A program made the translations under genes and the position numbers. Shown piece by piece: positions 46,501 through 58,090 of a DNA stretch of 64,000 bases. Within the stretch, counting starts at the first letter, position 1; the number at the start of each line of letters is the position of its first letter. The stretch comes from Felis catus (lineage: Eukaryota). The DNA lies in assembly GCF_018350175.1 (NCBI RefSeq), contig NC_058368.1:87546001-87610000 (forward strand). Direction: 5' to 3'. The notes beneath the pieces are model-generated. The model worked only from the letters and a program-made list of their open reading frames with translations. It had not been told where the DNA came from and searched no databases.

Positions 46501-49500
46501 GTAATCTTTCCATTTTCATTCATGATTTTATCTATTTGGGTCCCTTCTCTTTTCTTTTTGAGAAGCCTGGTTAGAGGTTTATTAATTTTATTTATTTTTT
46601 TCCAAAAACCAACTCTTGGTTTCATTGATCTGCTCCACAGTTTGTTTGTTTTTTTTTTTAGATTATATATTGTTTATTTTCTCTGATCTTTATTATTTCT
46701 CTTCTTCTGCTGGGTTTGGGGTGTCTTTGTTGTTCTGCTTCTATTTCCTTTAGGTGTGCTGGTAGATTTTGTATTTGGTATTTTTCTTGTTTCTTGAGAT
46801 AAGCCTGGATTGTAATGTATGTTCTTCTCAGGACTGCCTTTGCTGCATCCCAAAGCGTTTGGATTGTTGTATATTCATTTTTATTTATTTCCATATATTT
46901 TTTAATTTCTTCTCTAATTGCCTGGTTGACCCATTCATTCTTTAGTAGGATGTTCTTTAATCTCCATGGTTTTGGAGGTTTACCAGACTTTTTCCTGTGA
47001 TTGATTTCAAATTTCATAGCATTGTGGTCTGAAAGTGTACATAGTATGATCTCATTCCGTTTGTACTTATTAAGGGCTGTTTTGTGACCCTGACCCAGTA
47101 TGTGATCTATCATGGAGAATGTTCCATGTGCACTCAAGAAGAAAGTATATTCTGTTGCTTTGGGATGCAGAGTTCTAAATATATCTTCAAGTACATCTGA
47201 TCCAATATATCATTCATGGCCCTTGTTTCTTTATTTATTCTCTGTCTGGAAGTTCTATCCATTGTTGTCAGTGGAGTATTAAAGTCCCCTGCAATTACCA
47301 CATTCTTATCAATAAGTTTGCTTTTGTTTGTGATTAATTGTTTTACATATTTGGGTGTTCTCAAATTTGGTACATAGACATTTATAATTGTTAGTTCTTC
47401 CTGATGGATAAACCCTGTAATTATTATATAATGTCCTTCTTCATCTCTTGTTACAACCTTTAATTAAAGTCTAGTTTCTCTGATATAAGTATGGCTACTC
47501 CAGCTTTCTTTTGACTTCCAGTAGCATGATAGACAGTTCTCCATCCCCTTACTTTCAATCTGAAGGTGTCCTCAGGTCTAAAATGAGTCTCTTGGAGACA
47601 GAAAATAGATGGATCTTGTTTTTTTATGCATTCTGATACCCTATGTCTTTTGGTTGGAGCATTTATTCCACTTACATTCAGTGTTATTATAGAAAGATAT
47701 GGGTTTAGAGTCATTGTGATATTTGTAGGTTTCATGCTTGAAGTGGTGTCTCTGGTACTTTGGGGCCCTTGCAACATTTCACTCACAGAGTACCCGTGGA
47801 TCCCCTTAGGATCCCCTTAGGATCTCCCAAGGATCCCCTTAGGATCTCTTGTAGGGCTGGTTTAGTAGTGATGAATTCCTTCAGTTTTTGTTTGTTTGGG
47901 AAGACCTTTATCTCTCCTTCTATTCTGAATGACAGACTTGCTGGGTAAAAGATTCTTGGCTGCATATTTTTCCTGTTCATCACACTGCAGATTTCCTTTC
48001 TGGCCTGCCAAGTTTCAGTATATAGGTCTGCTATTACCCTCTTGTGTCTACCTTTGTATGTTAAGACCTGTTTATCTCTAGGTGGTTTCATAATTCTCTC
48101 TGTATCTTTATATTTTGCCAGTTTCACTATGATATGTCATGCAGAAGATTCATTCAAGTTATGTCCAAAGGGAGTTCTTCATGCCTCTTGGATTTCAATG
48201 CCTTTTTTCTTCCCCAGATTGGGGAAGTTCTCAGCTGTGATTTCTCTCTTCTTCTTCTGAATTCCTATGATTTGGATATTGTTCTGTTTGATTGTATCAC
48301 TTAGCTCTCTCATTCTCCCCTCCTATTCCTGGATTTTTTTTTATCTCTCTTTTTCTCAGCTTCCTCTTTTTCCATAGTTTTATCTTCTAATTCACCTATT
48401 CTGTCCTCTGCATCTTCAATCCCAACTCTGGCCACTTCCATTTTATTTTGCACCTCATTTATAGCGAATTTTTTAATTCATCGTGACTATTTTTTAGTCC
48501 CTTGATCTCTGTAGCAATAGATTCTCTGCTGTCCTCTATGCTTTTTGAAACCCCATGATTGATTTTATGACTATTATTCTAAATTCTTGTTCCATTATAT
48601 TGCTTAAATCGGTTTTGATCAATATGTTACCCGTCGCTACTTCCTGGAGTTTCTTTTGAGGAGAATTCTTCTGTTTCATCATTTTGGTTAGTTTTCTGTC
48701 CCTTATGTGTTTTAAAACCTTGTTGTGTGCTCTGCACTTGCAAGCACTGCTATATTAAAGGGAGGTCATACACTGTCCAGGGCCTGGCCCTTCAGGAGGT
48801 GTTTTTTTAGAGATTGTTACTTGCTCTCTGTTGTTGTGACTTTGGTTATTTTATTACCCTACTCATATTAATTGATTTGTTCCTTGGAGTAGCCCTGTAA
48901 AGAAAACAGATAGACAAACAGGAGACAAAAATGTGCAAACACACACACAAAAGAAACAAATAAACAAAAACAAAAACAAAAACCTAAAGACTAAAAAAAC
49001 ACCCCAAAACACTGACTACAAGTAAAGAAGAGGGTGGAGGCTGTGCTAATGGAAGAGCACATACAAAGAGAAAAATGACGGGAATGGCATGGGGGGTGGG
49101 GGAGAAAAAATAAACATTGATTAGGCAGAGAGACTGAAAGGCTTAATCCAGAGAGACAGAAAGGAAAATAAAGGAGGAGGTGAGGAAAATGAAATGAAGA
49201 TAAAGTTACCCAGACAGAGAAACTATATGACTTGATTATTCCAGAGAGTGAGAAAGGAGTGTAAAGCAGGAAGTGTAGAACATGTTTCAAGACATTGGGT
49301 TAAATATGTCTGTTTAGACAGACCAATAACCAGAGTAAACAGCTTAGGGGAGGGAAGAGATAAGGAGGAGAAATGGGTTGGGGGAGTATATATCTATATA
49401 TCCAGAGTTAACCTAGAGTTAATCCAGGCAATGCTGCATTGTTTGTCGGGAGGAGCTGTCTGCAGGGTCAGTGCTGCTCAGGTGGATAGGCAGTTACCCA

Positions 49501-50514
49501 GTGCAAAGGGGCGTGGCTTGATGTGATCTGGATCCACCTCCACTATGGCCCCCAGGAGTGATCCATGAGGCCCCGCCTTGGTCGTGATGGGGCGGGGGGG
49601 GGGGGGGGGGGGGGTGGCCGGAAATGGTAATCCCACAGTCTTTTCTCCACGGAGCCAGATCCGGTTGACTCAATTGGAGTCATTCTCACTGTGCTGTGGG
49701 CGCATAAGGGGCAGTCCTTCTCTCTCTGCCATCTTCCCTGACCTTGTGCTTGGCTAGGATTCAAAGTCTTGCTCCTTGGGCTCTGGCACACCTCTCAGTG
49801 TGGCGATATGTGGTCCAGGCTGGCTTTGTCTGGGCCAAAGCACTTCAGGGAGGACTGCATTCTCCTACTGAAGACTGAGCTGCAGCCCTCACCATCACGA
49901 TTCCTGGGGTCCGGATGCGGGCAGACTTTATCTTTTTCCACAGCACTCCAGGAAACGGCGGCCTTTTCCTCCTGCAGACTGCGCCCTTGGCCCAGCCACT
50001 GCACCTGGGGGTGGTGGACGCAGGCAGGTTCTGTACTATCGCACGGCCCTCTAGGGAGGGAACCGCTTTCTCCAGCTGTGGAATGAGCCCCTGACCTACA
50101 ACTGCACCCAGGCCTGACTCCCTGCCCCCCCAGGTGGGTGAACAGGGAGCCGGCCCCAGTCTGAAGAAGACCCCACAGTTAGAGATCGGATGCCTCTCTG
50201 TCTCAGTCCGAGGTCTTTCTCCTGTCCACATAAGGTCCTGCACTTCCCTAGCTGATCTTTATTTTCCCTTTGTCTCTCCGCGGAAGGAGAGACACTCCCC
50301 TCCCCTCCGTGCCCATGAGGCCTTTTTTTTTATCTCCCCCAGTTCGCAGTTACCCACCTATCTTTTTTCCAGATTTCCCATTTTATTCCTAGTAGGTTCA
50401 GTCTCTTTTCCTCCCAGGCTCTGGGGTTCAAAGTCCTTTGGCTTCAGCACTTCTTTGAGAGACGCTGGAAGTATGGATTACCCCTACTTCCTTTGCCATG
50501 TTGGCCCCCAACTC
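43535..50514 (-). mobile_element. Full-length felid-type LINE-1 (L1#4), same family as L1#3, disrupted
   Basis: 5' GGGGCCAACATGGC at ~50508; ORF1/ORF2 fragments; TSD TAGAG(A/CT)TTTACTTTC at ~43520 and ~50515. Confidence 0.95.
47798..47847. repeat. 11-bp tandem repeat (GGATCCCCTTA) x~4.5 at the L1#4 ORF1 end
   Basis: Direct repeat; single copy in L1#3. Confidence 0.85.
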
Positions 50515-50544
50515 TAGAGCTTTACTTTCAAAGCAAATTTCAAG

Positions 50545-52672
50545 TTTATAATACAGTGTTATACTAATTTCCGGTGTACAAAATAATGATTCAACAATTC
50601 TATACGTTTTTCAGTGCTCATCAATATGAGTATATTCTTCATCCCTTTTATCTATTTCATTCATTCCCCCCACCAATCTTTCTCTGACATCCCCTAGTTT
50701 GTTCACTGTATAAGAGTCTGTCTTTTGTCTCTTTCCCCATTGTTTGTTTTGTTCTGAAATTCCACATATTAGTGAATTTATATAGTATTTGTCTGACTTA
50801 TTTAACTTAGTACTATACCATTTTGACCTATCCATATTGTTGCAAATGGCAAGATTTTATTCTATCCAATGGCTCATTGTAATATTCCATTGTATATTAC
50901 TGAGCCATTGGATAAGTGGGTCACCTTTGATGCACAGAAATAAAAGCAATTGGAGTATTTGGGGGAAAGTTGGTCTATGTAAAGTAATTGTAAGGTTTAC
51001 CAAAGAATGGAAGAGATTGGACTATTAATAAGGTTCAAGTGACTTGATGTGATATATATGTATATATACATCTTTATCCATTATTTTGTGTATGAACATG
51101 TGTGCTGCTTCCATATCTTGGCTATGGTAAATAATATTGCAACAAACATAAGGGAAGTTGTATCTTTTTGTATTAGTATTTTCATTTTCTTTGGGTAAAT
51201 ATCCAATAGTAGAAATTATGGATCATATGGTAATCTGATTTTTAAATTTTGGAAGAAATTCCATACCGTTTTCCACAATGGCTTCACCAATTTACATTCC
51301 CACCAAAAGTGCACAACGGTTCTTTTTTCTCCATATTCTCGTCAACACTTGTAATTTTTTTGTGTTTGTGACTTTAGCCTTTCTAACACATGTGGGAAGA
51401 TATCTCCATTTTGCATTTATTTTTGTATAGTGTAATAAAGTGATCAAGTTTTATTCGTTTCTATGTAGCTGTCTAGTTTTCCCAGCACCATATGTTCAAG
51501 AGATTGTCTTTTTCCAATTGGATATTCTTTCCTGCTTTGTCAAAGATTAATTGACCATATAATTATGGATTTATTTCTGGGTTTTCTATTCTGTTCCATT
51601 GATCTATGTGTCTATTTTTGTGCCAGTACCACAGTGTGTTGATCACTACAGCTTTATAGTATAACATGAAGGCTGGATTTGTGATGCCTCCAACTTTACT
51701 TTTCTTTCCAAGTTTGCTTTCTCTATTCAAGGTCTTTTGTGGTTCCACACAAATTTTAGGATTATTTGTTCTAGTTCTGTGAAAAATGCTGTTGGTATTT
51801 GATAGGAGTTGCATTGAATCTCTAGATGGCTTTAAGTGGTATGGACATTTTAACAATATTGGTTCTTACAATACATGAGCATGGGATATCTTTGCATTTT
51901 CCATTTGTTTTGTCAATATATTTTTAAACTTATTTAAATTCAAGTTAGTTAACATACAGTATAGTATTGATTTCAGTAGAACCCAGTGATTCATCACTTA
52001 CATATGACAGCCAGTGCTCATCCCTACAAGTACCCTCTTTAATACTCATCATCCATTTAGTTCATTTCCCATCCACCTACCCTCCAGAAATCCTGTTAGT
52101 TCTCTGTCTTTAAGAGTCTCTTATGGTTTGTTTCCCTCTATGTTTTTATGTTATTTTTCTCTCCCTTCCCCTATGTACATCTGTTGTGTTTCTTAAATTC
52201 CACATATAAGTGAAATCACATGTTTTATAGTTCTCAGAGTACAGGTCTTTCACCTCCTTAAGTTGGTTTTTAGATATTTTATTCTTTTTGGTGCATTTAT
52301 AAATAAGATTGTTTTCTTAATTTTACTTTCTAGTATGTCATTATTAGTGTATAAAAATGAAAATGATTTCTATGCATTGATTTTTGTATCCTGCAATCTT
52401 ATTTAATTCATTTATCTGTTCTAGTAGTTTTTTTGGTGGAGACTTTTGGGTTTTCTATATATGTAGTATCATGTCATCTTCAAATAGTGGAAGTTTTACT
52501 TCTTCCTTACCAATTTGGATACCTTTTATTTATTTTGTTGTCTGATGGCTGTGTCTAGGACTTCCAGTACCATATTGAATTAAAGTAGTGAGAGTGGACC
52601 TTCTTATCTTTTTCTTGATCTTAGAATTAAATTCCTCAGTTGTTCACCATTAAGAATGATGTTAGCTGTGGG
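50545..52672 (-). mobile_element. Older carnivore L1 3' portion with internal deletion and a nested L1 3' end (~51920-52220)
   Basis: 3' UTR and ORF2 fragments ([32 protein letters not shown]). Confidence 0.8.
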
Positions 52673-52675
52673 TTT

Positions 52676-52738
52676 TCTTTTCTTTCCTTTCCTTTCCTTT
52701 CCTTTCCTTTCCTCTTCTCTTCCTTTCTTTCTTTCTTT

Positions 52739-52783
<45 letters not shown>

Positions 52784-53054
52784 TTTAAGTTAAAGTTAGT
52801 TAACAAACAATGTAGTATTCGTTTTTGGGAATAGAACCCAGTGACTCATCACTTCCATATAACACCCAGTGCTCATCCCAACAATTGCCCTCCTTAATAC
52901 TCATCACCCACTTTAGCCCATCCCCCACCTACCTCCCCTCTAGCAGCTCTCACTTTGTTCTCTGTATTTAAGGGTCGCTTATAGTTTGCCTCCCTCTCTG
53001 TTTCTTTTTTGTTTTGTTTTGTAAAATTAAAAAGAATGTTTATTTATTTTTGAG

Positions 53055-53105
<51 letters not shown>

Positions 53106-53481
53106 AAGACAGAGCAGGCGTCGGGGAGGGGCAGAGAGAGAGAGAAACACAGAATCTGAAGCAGGCTCCAGACTCCGAGCTGTCAGCCCAGAGCCCGATG
53201 TAGGGCTCAAACTCACAAACTGCAAGATCATGACCTGAACCAAAGTTGGTTGATTAACCAATTGAGACACCCAGGTGCCCCTTCTCCCTCTGTGTTTTAA
53301 TCTTATATTTCCTTCCCTTCCCCTATGTTCATGTGTTGAGTTTCTCAAATTCCACATATGAGTGAAATAATATGATATCTTTCTCACACTGACTTATTTC
53401 ACTTAACATAATACTCTCTGGTTCTGTCCGTGTTGTTTCAAATGGCAAGATTTCATTCTTTTCTTTACTGAGTAGTATTCG

Positions 53482-53552
<71 letters not shown>

Positions 53553-53665
53553 ACATCTTTTTTATCCATTCCTCGGCAGATGGCTTTTTGGGCTCTTTCC
53601 ATAAATTGGCTATTGTTGATGATGCTACTATAAACATTGGGGTGCACGTGCCCCTTCCAATCAGC
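52676..53665 (-). mobile_element. L1 3' end with (CTTT)n tail, nested SINE and (TG)n(TA)n
   Basis: ORF2 C-terminus [18 protein letters not shown] and 3' UTR. Confidence 0.85.
53015..53281 (-). mobile_element. Can-SINE with (GA)n expansion
   Basis: TSD ~CTCCCTCT(C/G)TGTTT. Confidence 0.9.
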
Positions 53666-53666
53666 A

Positions 53667-54080
53667 TTTATTTTTATTTTTATTTATTTGTTTTTAAATT
53701 TTATTATTTTAAATTTACATCCAAATTAGTTAACATACAGTGCAGCAATGATTTCAGGAGTAGATTCCTTAATGCCCCTTACCCATTTAGCCCATCCCCT
53801 TTCCCAAAACCCCTTCAGTAACCTTCTGTTTGTTCTCCATATTTATGAGTCTCTTCTGTTTTGTCCCCTTCCCTGTTTTTATATTTTTGTTTCCCTTCCC
53901 TTATGTTCACTTGTTTTGTCTCTTAAAGCCCTCATATGAGTGAAGTCATATGATATTTGTCTTTCTCTGACTAATTTCACTTAGCATAATACCCTCCAGG
54001 TCCATCCACATAGTTGCAAATGGCAAGATTTCATTCTTTTGGATTGCTGAGTAATACTCCATTGTATATATATAGCACAT
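53667..54080 (-). mobile_element. L1 3' UTR fragment
   Basis: Homologous to the L1#2-type 3' UTR (31690-32100). Confidence 0.85.
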
Positions 54081-57000
54081 CTTTTTTTTTTGCACTTTAT
54101 TTATTTTTTAATATGAAATTTATTGTCAAATCGGCTTCCATACAACACCCAGGGCTCATCCCAAAAGGTGCAATCCTCAATACCCATCACCCACCCTCCC
54201 CTCCCTCCCACCCCTCATCTACCCTCAGTTTGTTCTCAGTTTTTAAGAGTCTCTTAGGCTTTGGCTCACTCTGTCTCTAACCTCTTTTTTATTTTTCGTC
54301 CTCTCCCCCACAGACTTCTGTTAAGTTTCTCAGGATCCACATAAAAGTGAAAACACATGGAATCTGTCTTTCTCTGTATGACTTATTTCACTTAGCATAA
54401 CACTCTCCATTTCCATCCGGGTTGCTACAAAAGGCCATATTTCATTCTTTCTCATGGCCACGTAGTATTCTATTGTGTATATAAACCACAATTTCTTTAT
54501 CCATTCATCACTTGATGGACATTGAGGCTCTTTCCATAATGTGGCTATTGTTGAAAGTGCTGCTAAAACATTGGGGTACAAGTGCCCCTATGCATAAACA
54601 CTCCTGTATCCCTTGGGTAAATTCCTAGCAGTGCTATTGCTGGGTCATAAGGTAGATCTATTTTTAATTTTTTGAGGAACCTCCACACTGTTTTCCAGAG
54701 CAGCTCAACCAATTTGCGTTCCCACCAACAGTGCAAGAAGGTTCCCGTTTCTCCACATCCTTGACAGCGCCTATAGCCTCCTGATTTGTTCATGTTAGCC
54801 ACTCTGACTGGCGTGAGGTGGTATGTGAGTGTGGTTTTGATTTGTATTTCCTGATGAGGAGTGACGTTGAGCATCTTTTCATGTGCCTGTTGGCCATCTG
54901 GCTGTCTTCTTTACAGAAGGGTCTATTCATGTTTTCTGCCCGTTTCTTCATTGGATTATTTGTTTTTCAGGTGTGGAGTTTGGTGAGTTCTTTATAGATT
55001 TTGGATACTAGCCCTTTGTCCAATATGTCATTTGCAAATATCTTTTCCCATTCTGTTGGTTGCCTTTTAGTTTTGTTGGTTGTTTGCTTTGCAATGCAGA
55101 AGCATTTTATCTTCATGAGGTCCCAATATTTCATTTTTGCTTTTAATTCCCTTGCCTTTGGGGATGTGTCAAGTAAGAAATTGCTGCGGCTGAGGTCACA
55201 GAGGTTTTTTCCTGCTTTCTCCTCTAGGGTTTTGATGGTTTCCTGTCTCACATTCAGGTCCTTCATCCATTTTGATTTTGTTTTTGTGAATGGTGTAAGA
55301 AAGTGGTCTATTTTCATTCTGTATGTTGCTGTCCAGTTCTCCCAGCACCATTTGTTAAAGAGACTGTCTTTTTTCCATTGGATCTTCTTTCCTGCTCTGT
55401 CAAAGATTAGTTGGCCATCCTTTTGTGGGTCTAGTTCTGGGGTTTCTATTCTATTCCATTGGTCTATGTGTCTGTTTTTGTGCCAATACCATGCTGTGTT
55501 GATGATTACAGCTTTGTAGTAGAAGCTAAGGTCTGAGATTGTGATGCCTCCTGCTTTGGTCTTCTTCAAAATTACTTTGGCTATTCAGGTCCTTTTGTGG
55601 TTCCATATGAATTTTAGGATTGCTTGTTCTAGTTTTGAGAAGAATGCTGGTGCAATTTTGATTGGGATTGCATTGAATGTGTAGATAGCTTTGGGTAGTA
55701 TTGACATTTTGACAATATTTATTCTTCCAATCCATGAGCACGGGATGTTTTTCCATTTCTTTGCATCTTCTTCAATTTCCTTCATAAGCTTCCTATAGTT
55801 TTCAACATACAGATCTTTTACATCTTTGGTTAGATTTATTCCTAGGTATTTTATGCTTCTTGGTGCAGTTGTGAATGGGATCAGTTTCTTTATTTGTCTT
55901 TCTGTTGCTTCATTATTAGTGTATAAGAATGCAACTGATTTCTGTTCATTGATTTTGTATTCTGCGACTTTGCTAAATTCATGTATCAGTTCTAGCAGAC
56001 TTTTGGTGGAGTCTGTCGGGTTTTCCATGTATAATATCATGTCATCTGCAAAAAGTGAAAGCTTAACTTCATCTTTGCCAATTTTGATGCCTTTGATTTC
56101 CTTTTGTTGTCTGATTGCTTATGCTGGAACCTCCAACACTATGTTAAACAACAGCGGTGAGAGTGAACATCCCTGTTGTGTTCCTGATCTCAGGGAGAAA
56201 GCTCAGTTTTTCCCCACGGAGGATGATATTAGCTGTGGGCTTTTCATAAATGGCTTTTATGATATTTAAGTATGTTCCTTCTATCCTGCCTTTCTCGAGG
56301 GTTTTGATTAAGAAAGGATGCTGAATTTTATCAAATGCTTTGTCTGCATCAATTGACAGGATCATATGGTTCTTATCTTTTTTTTTATTAATGTGATGTA
56401 TCACATTGATTGATTTGCGAATGGTGAACCAGCCCTGAGCCCAGGAATGAATCCCACTTGATCATGGTGAATATTTCTTTTTATATGCTGTTGAATTCGA
56501 TTTGTTAGTATCTTGTTGAGAATTTTTGTATCCTTGTTCATCAGTGATATTGTCCTGTAAATCTCCTTTTTAGTGGGGTCTTTGTCTGGTTTTGGAATCA
56601 AGGTAATTCTGGCTTTATGGAATGAGTTTGGAAGATTTTCTTCCATTTATATATTTTTTGGAACCGTTTGAGGAGAATAGATATTAACTGTTCTGTAAAT
56701 GTCTGGGATAATTCCCCTGGAAACCCATCTGGCCTAGCAGATTGGGAGATTTTTGATAACTGATTTAATTTCTTTGCTCGTTATGGGCCTGTTCAAATTT
56801 TCTGTTTCTTCCCATTTGAGTTTTTGTAGTGTGTGTGTCTAGGACTTTGTCCATTTCTTCCAGATATTCCAGTTTGTTGGCATATAATTTTTCATAGTGT
56901 TCTATTATAATTGTTTGTCTTTCTGTGGTGTTGTTTGTGATCTCTCCTCTTTCATTCATGATTTTATCTATTTAGGTCTTCTCTCTTATCTTTTTGAGAA

Positions 57001-57396
57001 GTTTGGCTAAGGGTCTATCAGTTTTGTTTATTCTTTCAAAAAACCAGTTCTTAGATTCATTGATCTCTTCTGAGATTCATTAATGTCTTCTACTGTATTT
57101 TTGGATTCTATATGGTTTATTTCTGCTCTAATCGTTTTTATTTCTGTTCTTCTGATGTCTTTGAACTCTTTGCTACTACCTTTCTAGTTCCTTTAGGTGT
57201 GAGATTATGTATTTGAGACTTTTCTTGCTTTTTGAGATAGGCCTGAATTCCAATTTAATTGCCTCTTAGGACTGCCTTGCTGCATCTCAAATGTTTGGAC
57301 TGTGTGTTTCCATTCGCTTCCATGTATTTTTAAATTTCTTCTTTAATTTACTGGTTAAAATATGCATTCATTAGTAAGATATTTTTTAACTTCCAT

Positions 57397-58090
57397 TGTG
57401 GGGAATAAACTTAGGAATTCCCTGAGCTTGCACCGATGGATTAACAAGGCATAAAGAATTAGAAAGCCATAGGATGTACACACCCAAGTTTTGGTAAACA
57501 AGACTAGGTAAGTAAGATTAGGTAAATGGTACAAAGGCCCCAAGAATAGGACAAAGGTATAGGAATAGGGAATCTCAGTATGAAAACATCCAAGATGAGG
57601 TAAAAAAGATTAAGTAATCAGGGAGGAAGTGTCCCCAGCTTAGTACTATAGAAGAAAGCTGCTTTCACAGGAAAGAAGGACCAAATTAGGTAAACAGGTA
57701 AATAAAGCTATCACCAAAGCAGGGTCAAGTTGCCCGGAGCAGAGCTAATTAGGAAAAGAAAGGTGCCTTGTTGACCCTGAGGTAGCATGCTCTGTCTTTC
57801 TTGTCCCCTAGGCCAGTTTAGGTAAAAGGAGGTGGAGCCTCATGTCTGTTGTAAACAACCTTCCACCCAAACCCTCTTTTCCCCATGCCTGTGAGTTAAT
57901 GTTCACAATTTCATTGTCTCTTTGTGCATGCCCATCATACTTGTAAGACTTCTGATTTTAATAAAAACGGAGAAAGGACGCTTACTCCAGGCTCTTGTCT
58001 CCTCCTGGACATTAGCCTCTCTCAAAATTTAATCCTGCATCCCACCCTCTTGCTGGACGAGGGAGAACTCTAGACCCAGAGTCTATGACA
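57397..58090 (+). mobile_element. Solo LTR (694 bp), probably class II ERV
   Basis: TG...CA termini, 6-bp TSD TTCCAT (57391-57396, 58091-58096), AATAAA at 57960. Confidence 0.92.

Noticed and set aside
49595..49615. Poly-G run as a regulatory element
   Set aside because: Expansion of the C-run also present in the L1#3 5' UTR; homopolymer length is unreliable in assemblies
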